A stretch of DNA of 64,000 nt from Paracoccus haematequi (GTDB taxonomy: Bacteria; Pseudomonadota; Alphaproteobacteria; Rhodobacterales; Rhodobacteraceae). Below the pieces are notes generated by a model, which was not told the DNA's origin, made no database searches, and saw only the letters and a program-made list of their open reading frames with translations. This document shows, one piece after another, positions 9,414 through 17,792 of this stretch (positions are counted from its first letter, which is position 1; each line of letters opens with the position of its first letter). A program made the translations under genes and the position numbers. The stretch covers positions 41,402-105,401 of the forward strand of contig CAMCVS010000001.1 in NCBI GenBank assembly GCA_945881965.1, in the 5' to 3' direction.

Positions 9414-10144
9414 GACAGAACATCCTCCACCGCCTGTTCCATCAGGGTCAGGCAAGCGGGCGTCGAAAAGCGGTGATCCGCACCCTTGAACATCGTCAGC
9501 CGGATATCCGCGCCTTCGACATGCCCGAACAGGCGCAAAGCGACCGCCACATCCACCGCCGTATCCGCCGTGCCTTGCAGCATCCGCACCGGCATAGCCA
9601 AAGGCAGCGGGCTGCGCAGGATCAGATGCTCGCGCCCGTCCTCGATCAATTCGCGGGTGATGACATAGGGGCCGTCATCATAGTCGGACGGGATTTCGAC
9701 GCGGCCATGGGTCATCAACCGGTCACGGGTCGCGGCATCAAACCCGGCCCATAGGCTGTCCTCGGTGAAATCCGGCGCGGCGGCGATGGTGACAAGGCCG
9801 GCCACCTTGGCGGGCATCCGTTTTGCCACCAGCAGCGCGATCCAGCCGCCCATGGATGACCCCACCAATACCTGCGGCCCCTCGGTCAGGTCGCGGATCA
9901 CCGCCATCGCGTCATTGGCCCATGCGCCGATATTGCCATCGGTGAATGCGCCGGATGACTGGCCATGCCCGGAATAGTCGAACCGCAGGAACGCGCGGCC
10001 ATGCGCGCGGGCCCAGGCCTCCAGCGCCTGCGCCTTGGTCCCGGTCATGTCGGATCGGAACCCGCCCAGGAAAACGATCCCCGGCCCTGAGCCGGGAGCT
10101 TGCACAAAGGCGATGCGCCGCCCGTTCGCGCTGTGGAATTGCAT
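9401..10144 (-). CDS. Alpha/beta-fold hydrolase
   Basis: FLGGFRSDMTGTKA...DYSGHGQS...GSSMGG...GADHRF catalytic-triad motifs. The ATG shares one base with the stop of the upstream gene (TGATG). Confidence 0.8.
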   Translation of the reverse strand: MQFHSANGRRIAFVQAPGSGPGIVFLGGFRSDMTGTKAQALEAWARAHGRAFLRFDYSGHGQSSGAFTDGNIGAWANDAMAVIRDLTEGPQVLVGSSMGGWIALLVAKRMPAKVAGLVTIAAAPDFTEDSLWAGFDAATRDRLMTHGRVEIPSDYDDGPYVITRELIEDGREHLILRSPLPLAMPVRMLQGTADTAVDVAVALRLFGHVEGADIRLTMFKGADHRFSTPACLTLMEQAVEDVLSCAG

Positions 10145-10959
10145 CAGCCTCTCCGGAACGGCACGCCACCTGCGCCATCGCCGCGCAGGTCATCGGGTGC
10201 GACCCAGGTCGCGGGGTCGGTGATCAGCGCGGCCAGTGCGCGCGCGCCCGCATCCAGCATCGCTTCGCCCTTTTCCGCCGTGGACCGCGCCGGGTTGCCC
10301 GCCAGCCCGTTGCCGGTGATCGCCGCGAAGGGCCGCCAGCGATAAGACGCCTGCCCCGCCGCCAGAAACCGCGCCGCGCCCATGCCTTGGGCGATCTGCG
10401 CCAGATCGGACGTATCCACCAGCCCCGGCTCGCAGACCATCATCATCGAGGTCTCCGCCTCGCAGGCATGCATGACACCCGCCTGATCCTGCAAATGCTG
10501 CGACAGGTCGGTCCCCGCTTCGGACACATAGGTGGTGCCGACCAGCGTCGCGCCACAGGTGGGGGCCAGTTCGTCGCAGATCTGCTGCATGGCGATCATG
10601 TTGCCGCCATGGCTGTTGGAAATCAGGATGTCGCGGAAGCCTTGGCGGACCAGACAGGCCACCAGATCGGCCACCAGGGCGCGGAATGTGGCATGGCTGA
10701 TGGTCAGGGTGCCGCCGAATGGCATGTGATGTTCCGACAGCCCCGACCAGACGACCGGCGTCACCACCGTGGGCCGTTCCGCAAAGGCCAGCCGCGCCGC
10801 GCGCAGCGCGATTTCATGCCCCAGCCGGGTGTCTGTCATCGTGGGCAGATGCGGGCCGTGCTGTTCGATCGACGCAATCGGCAGAATCACCACCGCGCCC
10901 CGATCCGCCAGCGCCCGCAATTCCTGCGCCTTCATCCGTTGCCATTCCACCTCGATCAT
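10144..10959 (-). CDS. Creatininase-family amidohydrolase
   Basis: ILPIASIEQHGPHLP...DTRL...ISNSHGGN...HACEAETS are family metal-binding motifs. AAGGGGGG RBS lies before the ATG at 10959; the track ORF runs on upstream to 11637. Confidence 0.8.
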   Translation of the reverse strand: MIEVEWQRMKAQELRALADRGAVVILPIASIEQHGPHLPTMTDTRLGHEIALRAARLAFAERPTVVTPVVWSGLSEHHMPFGGTLTISHATFRALVADLVACLVRQGFRDILISNSHGGNMIAMQQICDELAPTCGATLVGTTYVSEAGTDLSQHLQDQAGVMHACEAETSMMMVCEPGLVDTSDLAQIAQGMGAARFLAAGQASYRWRPFAAITGNGLAGNPARSTAEKGEAMLDAGARALAALITDPATWVAPDDLRGDGAGGVPFRRG

Positions 10960-11106
10960 CGCGCGCCCCCCTTGTTGCATTGCAGGCATGGTGGCGTGAC
11001 ATGCCAACCGCCGCAAGGTTGACTTTGCCAATGTCGCGCGCCACACCACCCGCATCATCACCCGCAACCGGGCGTGCCGTAGGCGCCAAACCGACGAGGA
11101 GGCCAC

Positions 11107-13053
11107 ATGGCCCAGATTTCCCTGACCTTTCCCGATGGCAATGTGCGCAGCTATCCCGCCGGCGTGACCCCCGCCGAGGTGGCAGCCAGCATCGCGCCAT
11201 CCCTTGCCAAGGCCGCGATTTCCGCGCAGGTTGATGGCGCACATTGGGATCTGGCATGGCCGATCCACGCGGATGCCAAGCTGGCGATCAACACGATGAA
11301 GGATGACGCGGCAGCCCTTGAACTGATCCGGCACGATCTGGCGCATATCATGGCGCGCGCGGTGCAGGACATCTGGCCGGATGTGAAGGTCACCATCGGC
11401 CCGGTGCGCGATTACGGCTGGTTTTACGATTTCGACCGGGCGGACCCCTTCACGCCCGAAGACCTTGGCCAGATCGAGACGCGGATGAAACACATCATTG
11501 CCGCCCGCGACCCGGTGCGCACTGAGGTCTGGGACCGTGCCCGCGCCGTCGAATATTACCGGGGCCGGGGCGAGCCCTATAAGCTGGAACTGATCGACCG
11601 CATCCCCGAAGGCCAGGATTTGCGGATGTATTGGCACGGGCCGTGGCAGGACCTATGCCGTGGCCCGCACCTGCAACATACCGGCCAGGTGCCTGCGGAT
11701 GCGTTCAAGCTGATGAATGTCGCCGGGGCCTATTGGCTGGGCGATTCGACGCGCCCCATGCTGCAACGCATCTACGGCGTCGCCTTCAAGAACCGCGACG
11801 ACCTGAAGGCCCATCTGACCATGCTGGAGGAGGCCGCAAAACGCGACCACCGCAAGCTGGGCCGCGAGATGGACCTGTTCCACATGCAGGAAGAAGCGCC
11901 GGGGCAAGTGTTCTGGCACCCGAACGGCTGGACCATCTACACCACGTTGCAGGATTACATGCGCCGCCAGCAAAAACGCGGCGGCTATGTCGAGGTGAAC
12001 ACGCCGCAGGTGGTCAACCGCGTGCTGTGGGAAAAGTCCGGCCACTGGGCGAATTACCATGACAACATGTTCATCGTCGAAGTCGAGGAAGAACATGCAA
12101 AACAAAAGACGGTCAACGCGCTGAAGCCGATGAACTGCCCCTGCCATGTGCAGATTTTCAACGTCGGCCTGAAATCCTATCGCGACCTGCCGCTGCGGAT
12201 GGCGGAATTTGGCAGTTGCAACCGGTATGAGCCGTCCGGCGCGCTGCATGGCATCATGCGGGTGCGCGGCTTCACGCAGGATGATGCGCATATCTTCTGC
12301 CGCGAGGATCAGATCGAGTCTGAGACGAAGCGGTTCATCGAGTTTCTCAGCCGCGTCTATCGCGATCTGGGGTTCGAGAAATTCCGCGTCAAATTCTCGA
12401 CCCGCCCCGACCAGCGCGCGGGCAGCGACGCAGTATGGGACAAGGCCGAGGCGGCGCTTTCCAATGCCACGACGGCGGCGGGCTATGCCTATGAGCTGAA
12501 CCCCGGCGAGGGCGCGTTCTATGGTCCGAAACTGGAATTCGTGCTGACCGACGCCATCGGCCGCGACTGGCAATGCGGCACGCATCAGGTGGATTTCGTG
12601 CTGCCCGAACGGCTGGACGCGGTCTATATCGCCGAAGACGGCGCGAAACATCGCCCCGTGATGCTGCACCGCGCCTGTCTGGGGTCGTTTGAACGGTTCA
12701 TCGGCATCCTGATCGAGGAACACGCCGGTAAACTGCCGTTCTGGCTGGCGCCGCGTCAGGTGGTGGTCGCGTCCATCGTGTCGGATGCGGATGAGTATTG
12801 CGCCGAGGTGGCGACCCTGCTCACCGAGGCAGCCGTGCGCGCCGAGGTCGATCTGCGCAACGAAAAGATCAACTACAAGGTCCGCGAACATTCGGTGGGC
12901 AAGGTGCCGGTGATCCTCGCCATCGGCGCGCGCGAGGTCGCAGACCGCACCGTCACCCTGCGCCGGTTGGGTGAAACGCAGACACAGACGCTGGCGCTTG
13001 ACGATGTGCTGCGTGATCTGGGGCTCGAGGCGACGCCGCCCGATCTGCGCTAA
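11107..13053 (+). CDS. thrS: Threonine--tRNA ligase
   Basis: 648 aa with a TGS domain at the N-terminus, class II motifs ([21 protein letters not shown]) and an anticodon-binding C-terminus. Confidence 0.97.
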   Translation: MAQISLTFPDGNVRSYPAGVTPAEVAASIAPSLAKAAISAQVDGAHWDLAWPIHADAKLAINTMKDDAAALELIRHDLAHIMARAVQDIWPDVKVTIGPVRDYGWFYDFDRADPFTPEDLGQIETRMKHIIAARDPVRTEVWDRARAVEYYRGRGEPYKLELIDRIPEGQDLRMYWHGPWQDLCRGPHLQHTGQVPADAFKLMNVAGAYWLGDSTRPMLQRIYGVAFKNRDDLKAHLTMLEEAAKRDHRKLGREMDLFHMQEEAPGQVFWHPNGWTIYTTLQDYMRRQQKRGGYVEVNTPQVVNRVLWEKSGHWANYHDNMFIVEVEEEHAKQKTVNALKPMNCPCHVQIFNVGLKSYRDLPLRMAEFGSCNRYEPSGALHGIMRVRGFTQDDAHIFCREDQIESETKRFIEFLSRVYRDLGFEKFRVKFSTRPDQRAGSDAVWDKAEAALSNATTAAGYAYELNPGEGAFYGPKLEFVLTDAIGRDWQCGTHQVDFVLPERLDAVYIAEDGAKHRPVMLHRACLGSFERFIGILIEEHAGKLPFWLAPRQVVVASIVSDADEYCAEVATLLTEAAVRAEVDLRNEKINYKVREHSVGKVPVILAIGAREVADRTVTLRRLGETQTQTLALDDVLRDLGLEATPPDLR

Positions 13054-13301
13054 GCCGCATCTGTTGACGGGGCGGGCCTGTAACATTTCGTCGCAGCGCC
13101 TCCTGCCCGACCGCGGTCACGGCCTCTGGATCATTGCGGAAATCAACGCTTTCCGCAGTGCGGCAACACGCAGGCGTGACAATGGCTGACGCGGGCGTGA
13201 TCCACGCGGCTGTGACTAGCCAACCCGCCCGGCAGGCAGTTAGGACATGACCACCGGGCGTGATCCTGCCCGCAGTTTTTGTCCATCCAAGGGAGAGCCC
13301 C

Positions 13302-13607
13302 ATGAACACCAAGATCAAGACCGCCGCGCTGATCGGCGCTGTTGCCGCCGCACTGGCCGCGCAGGCCACCACCGCATCCGCACAGGCCAAGGAAAAGTGC
13401 TTTGGCGTGTCGCTGGCCGGCAAGAACGACTGCGCCGCAGGCGCTGGCACCACCTGCGCCGGCACCTCCAAGGTTGACTATCAGGGCGACGCCTGGACAC
13501 TGGTCGAGGCCGGCACCTGCACCAAGATCGAACTGCCCGCGATGGCAGACGGCACCAAGCGCGTGGGTGCACTCGAAGCCCAGACCCGCGACCTGCCGAC
13601 GACCTGA
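13302..13607 (+). CDS. bufA: DUF2282-family bufferin precursor (signal peptide plus 4-Cys core)
   Basis: [29 protein letters not shown] / [56 protein letters not shown]. It is followed by DUF692, DUF2063 and DoxX genes. Confidence 0.85.
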   Translation: MNTKIKTAALIGAVAAALAAQATTASAQAKEKCFGVSLAGKNDCAAGAGTTCAGTSKVDYQGDAWTLVEAGTCTKIELPAMADGTKRVGALEAQTRDLPTT

Positions 13608-13661
13608 TCCCCTTCGTAGGATGGGTGATATCACCCATCCTACCTTGCCGCCGGAAAGCCG

Positions 13662-14513
13662 ATGTTTGACCGCAGCCCCTCTGATCTGCCCTGTTCCCCC
13701 GGCGTGGGGTTCAAGGCCGATCATTTCGCCGCGCTGCTGGCGGATCCCGGTGCGGTGGGCTGGATCGAAATCCATGCCGAGAATTACATGGGCGCGGGCG
13801 GGCGGCCCTTGGCGCAATTGCGCGCGCTGGCCGAACGGTTTGCGGTGTCGGTGCATGGTGTCGGCCTGTCCATCGGCGGCGAAGGCCAACTGGACGCCGA
13901 TCACCTGGCGCGGCTGAAACACCTGACCGGCTGGCTGAACCCTGCGTCATTTTCCGAACATCTGGCCTGGTCCACGCATGACGGGGCCTATCTGAACGAT
14001 CTGTTGCCCCTGCCCTATACCGCCGCCACGCTGACCCGTGTGGCCGATCACATTGATCGGGTGCAGACGGTGCTGGGGCGGCGGATGCTGCTGGAAAACC
14101 CGTCGTCCTATCTGGCCTTTGCCGAAAGCGACTGGTCGGAACCCGATTTTCTGCGCGAACTGGTGCGGCGCACGGGCTGTGGCCTCTTGCTGGACGTGAA
14201 CAACGTGTTCATCTCGGCCACCAATTTGGGCTTTGCGCCGCAGGGTTACATCGACGCCTTCCCGCTGGACGCGGTGGGCGAAGTTCATCTGGGCGGGCAT
14301 GATCCTGACCATGATGACCACGGCGCGCCACTGCTGATCGACAGTCACGGCTGCGCAGTGGCCGATCCGGTCTGGGCGCTGTTGGATCACACGCTGGCGC
14401 GGATGGGACCGCGCCCGGTGCTGATCGAATGGGACAATGATGTGCCCGAATGGCCCGTTCTGGCCTCCGAGGCGGCGCGCGCGGCGGCAGCGCTGGCGCG
14501 CATTGCGGCATGA
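13662..14513 (+). CDS. bufB: DUF692 / MNIO (multinuclear non-heme iron oxidase, MbnB-like)
   Basis: GVGFKADHF...IEIHAENYM...HGVGLSIGG...FSEHLAW...LLENPSSYL...EVHLGGH TIM-barrel motifs of the DUF692 family. Confidence 0.9.
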   Translation: MFDRSPSDLPCSPGVGFKADHFAALLADPGAVGWIEIHAENYMGAGGRPLAQLRALAERFAVSVHGVGLSIGGEGQLDADHLARLKHLTGWLNPASFSEHLAWSTHDGAYLNDLLPLPYTAATLTRVADHIDRVQTVLGRRMLLENPSSYLAFAESDWSEPDFLRELVRRTGCGLLLDVNNVFISATNLGFAPQGYIDAFPLDAVGEVHLGGHDPDHDDHGAPLLIDSHGCAVADPVWALLDHTLARMGPRPVLIEWDNDVPEWPVLASEAARAAAALARIAA

Positions 14514-15241
14514 CCGGGCTGGTGGCCGATTTCCTGCCCGCGCTGCGAGACGCGGCGCGCGCTGTGCCTGCCGGACTGACCGACGGGCACGGACAGGCGG
14601 CGGGGCGGCGGTTCGCGGTCTATCGCAACAACGTGGCGGTGTCCCTGACCGAGGCGCTGGAAACCGGATTTCCCTGTCTGTTCCGCCTGTTGGGGGCCGA
14701 GAATTTCCGCCCCCTCGCGCGGATGTTCGTGGACCGTCATTTGCCCGCGTCCCCGCTGATGATGCAGTACGGCGCAGAGATGCCCGTGTTTCTGGCCGGG
14801 TTCCCGGCGCTGGACCGCTATCCCTATCTGCCCGATGTGGCGCGGCTGGAACTGGCCCGGCGCGACAGCTATCACGCCGCCGACGCCACGCCGATGGACG
14901 CGGCACGGCTGGCGGTGGATGATCTGGACGCGCTGCGGCTGATTTTTGCGCCTGCGGTGCGGTTGGTGCAATCCGACTGGCCGCTGCATGCGATCTGGGC
15001 GCATACGATGGCGGATGGTCCCAGCCCTGCCGCCGAAGCACAATCCGTCCTGATCACCCGCGCCGATTTCGACCCCATCCCCCATGCGCTGACCCCTGCC
15101 GAGGGCGGGTTCATTGCGGCCCTGATGGCCGGTGCGACTCTGGGGACGGCTTTTGCGACCGCCGCGCCCGCGTTTGACCCCACCCGCGCGCTGACGCTGT
15201 TGATCAGCCACGCCGCCTTGACCGATACGAGGACACCATGA
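14510..15241 (+). CDS. bufC: DUF2063-family partner protein of MNIO
   Basis: [39 protein letters not shown] is the DUF2063 signature. ATGA start/stop overlap with the upstream gene. Confidence 0.85.
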   Translation: MTGLVADFLPALRDAARAVPAGLTDGHGQAAGRRFAVYRNNVAVSLTEALETGFPCLFRLLGAENFRPLARMFVDRHLPASPLMMQYGAEMPVFLAGFPALDRYPYLPDVARLELARRDSYHAADATPMDAARLAVDDLDALRLIFAPAVRLVQSDWPLHAIWAHTMADGPSPAAEAQSVLITRADFDPIPHALTPAEGGFIAALMAGATLGTAFATAAPAFDPTRALTLLISHAALTDTRTP

Positions 15242-15765
15242 CACCACTTCTGGCCCTGAACGATGCGCTTGGACGCCAATTGGCGCGGCTGGACCCGCTG
15301 TTGCCGCTGCTGGCGCGCGGGGTGTTCGCCGCTGTGCTGGCGCTGTATTTCCTCGCCTCTGGCCTGACCAAGATCGACGGGTTCGGCCTGTCGACCGGGG
15401 CCTATGCACAGATTTTCCCCCGCGCCTTCGAGGCCGTGGGCTATGATGCCAGCCAGCTTGGCACCTATCACTGGCTGGTGGTCGCGGGCGGGACGGTTGC
15501 GGAATTTGTGCTGCCGGTGCTGATCATCCTTGGACTGTTCACGCGGCTGGCGGCGCTTGGCATGATCGGGTTCATCGTGGTGCAATCGCTGACCGACGTG
15601 GTCGGGCATGGCGCGCAGGCCGCCACGCTGGGCCGCTGGTTCGACCGCGTCGCGGATGCGGCGATCCTGGATCAGCGCGCGCTGTGGGTGATGCTGCTGG
15701 TGGTGCTGGTGGCCAAGGGCGGCGGCGCGCTGGCGCTGGACCGCGCCATTACCCCTCGGCGCTAA
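15238..15765 (+). CDS. DoxX-family membrane protein
   Basis: Four predicted TM helices in a DoxX-like pattern. ATGA overlap with bufC, so it is the fourth gene of the operon. Confidence 0.85.
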   Translation: MTPLLALNDALGRQLARLDPLLPLLARGVFAAVLALYFLASGLTKIDGFGLSTGAYAQIFPRAFEAVGYDASQLGTYHWLVVAGGTVAEFVLPVLIILGLFTRLAALGMIGFIVVQSLTDVVGHGAQAATLGRWFDRVADAAILDQRALWVMLLVVLVAKGGGALALDRAITPRR

Positions 15766-16099
15766 GCGCGATCACCATCGCCAGCGCGGCGGCGGTGACG
15801 GCAAAGCCGATGGGCAACAGCGTGAACGGGGTATAGCCCAACCCATTGACCATCGCCAACGCCCCCAAGGCCAGCACGACACCCGACAGGCGCGGCGCGC
15901 GCCAGACCCCCGCCGCCCCTGCCATGCACAACACCCCGCCCGCGATCCCGATCCAGCGCAGGCTGTCATCAGGCGGCGACACGTCCGCGGTCAGTTCCGG
16001 GGTCAGGACGAACCAGTCCACCACGAACAGCGCGGCAAACACGCCGATCATGCCTGCCAGCCCGCCCAGCATCGCCACCAGTTTACGCAGGCTGTTCAT
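15749..16099 (-). CDS. Small integral membrane protein (unknown family)
   Basis: 116 aa with 3-4 hydrophobic helices (MNSLRKLVAMLGGLAGMIGVFAALFVV...). It starts 5 nt after the stop of the upstream arsC-like gene. I recognise no motif. Confidence 0.5.
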   Translation of the reverse strand: MNSLRKLVAMLGGLAGMIGVFAALFVVDWFVLTPELTADVSPPDDSLRWIGIAGGVLCMAGAAGVWRAPRLSGVVLALGALAMVNGLGYTPFTLLPIGFAVTAAALAMVIALSAEG

Positions 16100-16103
16100 C
16101 GGA

Positions 16104-16421
16104 TCAGCCCTGCACCTGTGCGCGGATCGCGTCCGACCAGCCCAGATGCAGCGCGCCGTCATCGGTGACGATCAACGGGCGTTTCATCAGCGTCGGATGG
16201 CGCTGCAACAGATCGCGCGCGGGGGCCTGCCGGTCGGCCTCGGACAGGTCGCGCCACGTCGTGGACCGCCGGTTGACCAGATCATCCGGAAAAGCCGCCA
16301 GCGCGCGGTCCAGCAGATCATCCGGCAGGGGATCGTCGCGCAGATCGACGAACATCGCCCGTGGCAGCGCCGCGCGCGCCTTGCGGCAGGTATCGCAGGT
16401 CTTGATCCCGTACAGTTTCAT
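16104..16421 (-). CDS. ArsC/Spx/YffB-family thioredoxin-fold protein
   Basis: MKLYGIKTCDTCRKA N-terminal CxxC-type motif and a length of about 105 aa. GGGGGAGA RBS. Confidence 0.8.
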   Translation of the reverse strand: MKLYGIKTCDTCRKARAALPRAMFVDLRDDPLPDDLLDRALAAFPDDLVNRRSTTWRDLSEADRQAPARDLLQRHPTLMKRPLIVTDDGALHLGWSDAIRAQVQG

Positions 16422-16627
16422 CGCGTCTCCCCCAGAATTGCCGCAGATTTCAGCACCTGCGCGATAGCTGCAAGAGCCGATGCGCGCAAAAGCCACCCCC
16501 AACGCCCCCTGTCGTTTGATTTTTGCAAATGCGGTGCAAACTGCCGGTCGGGTTGCAGCGGCTGCGCCCCCTGCATGGCACGCCGTGTCGCAGGACTTGA
16601 ATGGCAGACGGAAAGGAAACGCGGATC

Positions 16628-16834
16628 ATGCCCACTGGCACCGTGAAATGGTTCAACACCACCAAAGGCTATGGTTTCATCGCGCCGGACAATGGCGGCA
16701 AGGATATCTTTGTGCATATCTCGGCCGTGGAACGGTCGGGCCTGACCGGGTTGGCCGACAACCAGAAAATCGGTTTTGAAATGCGCGAAGGCCGCGATGG
16801 CCGCGAGATGGCAACCGACCTGCGGATCATCTGA
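16628..16834 (+). CDS. cspA: Cold-shock protein (CspA family)
   Basis: GTVKWFNTTKGYGFI (RNP1) and DIFVHISA (RNP2). GGAAAGGAAA RBS. A non-coding leader longer than 100 nt lies upstream. Confidence 0.95.
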   Translation: MPTGTVKWFNTTKGYGFIAPDNGGKDIFVHISAVERSGLTGLADNQKIGFEMREGRDGREMATDLRII

Positions 16835-16847
16835 CCACGCGACGCAT

Positions 16848-16870
16848 GGGTGGGGGTGTGGCCCCCACCC
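16848..16870. terminator. GC hairpin between convergent cspA and a small secreted-protein gene
   Basis: gggtggggg-tgtgg-cccccaccc, 9-bp stem, no clear U-tract. Confidence 0.4.
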
Positions 16871-16877
16871 CCAAACG

Positions 16878-17180
16878 TCACTGATAGAAACAGCCGCCCT
16901 TTTCGCCGACCGGGCAGACCAGCTTGCGCGCGGGACGGTGATGCACGACCTTGTGGATCTTTTTCTTGGCCACCGGATGCGCCAGCGCCTGATTATAGCT
17001 GATATGCTGGTTCGGTGAGCCGCAGCAGATCACGCCGTCAATCTGGATCGGCTGCAAACCCGCCGGGCAGTAATTGGCGCGCGCGTGATACGAATAGATC
17101 TTTGCGTCCATCGCACTTGCGGGCAGCGCGGCCACCAGAGCCAGACCCAGACCTGCGAAAATTGCTGACTTGATACCCAT
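16878..17180 (-). CDS. Small secreted cysteine-rich protein (unknown family)
   Basis: Signal peptide MGIKSAIFAGLGLALVAALPASA/MD. The mature part of about 77 aa has 6 Cys (YCPAG...VICCGSP...LVCPVGEKGGCFYQ). GGGGGA RBS. Confidence 0.55.
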   Translation of the reverse strand: MGIKSAIFAGLGLALVAALPASAMDAKIYSYHARANYCPAGLQPIQIDGVICCGSPNQHISYNQALAHPVAKKKIHKVVHHRPARKLVCPVGEKGGCFYQ

Positions 17181-17291
17181 GACGTCATCCCCCGGAATTA
17201 TGGCTTTGGCAGAAAGCCTGTCATTGCCGCAGTTTAACCGAAACATGCAGGGGGTCGTCCAGCCATTTCTTGTGCGTGGTGCGCGGAAACC

Positions 17292-17708
17292 TCAGGCCGC
17301 CGCGCCAAATCCCATCGCGCGCAGGGCCACAACGCCCGCCCAGGCCGAAAAACCGGTCAGCACCGCGCCCCAGGTGACATCGGTGACGACCATTTGCCAG
17401 GACCAGTCGCGCAGCGTGGCAAGGTTGGTAAATTCATAGGTGCCATAGGCCATCGCACCCAGCACCGCCCCGCTGACCAGCGCCTGCATCGGCACACCGT
17501 CCCGCAGCGCAGGCTGGCTGACGAACCACAGCACGCCGCCAACATAGGCCAGATAAAACAGCGCCGCCGGTCCCAGACGCGGGCTGTCCAGCAGCAGGGG
17601 GCCGATATGGGTTTCAAACAGCGGGCGCATGACCTTGGTCAGCATCACGGCATCCAGCGCCAGAAATATGACGGCGGTGATGACATAGAGGATTACGATC
17701 TGGGTCAT
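17292..17708 (-). CDS. DUF2177-family membrane protein
   Basis: MTQIVILYVITAVIFLALDAVML...GTYEFTN pattern with 4 TM helices. Start computed from the ORF-track offset. Confidence 0.7.
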   Translation of the reverse strand: MTQIVILYVITAVIFLALDAVMLTKVMRPLFETHIGPLLLDSPRLGPAALFYLAYVGGVLWFVSQPALRDGVPMQALVSGAVLGAMAYGTYEFTNLATLRDWSWQMVVTDVTWGAVLTGFSAWAGVVALRAMGFGAAA

Positions 17709-17792
17709 GTCTGTCTCCCTTTGTCTGTGGATACGGCGGGCGGGCGCGGATGGATCACCCGCGCCCGCGATTGCCGCCCCTCGCAAAGCACA

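Noticed and set aside
1064-15409. Other long shadow ORFs (1064..2218 -, 2049..3407 +, 6284..7663 -, 11653..13086 -, 13143..13922 -, 13947..15041 -, 14387..15409 -)
   Set aside because: They overlap genes with clear family signatures on the other strand (aminotransferase, LysR/PhaR, phaZ, thrS, bufferin operon). Their translations are low-complexity.
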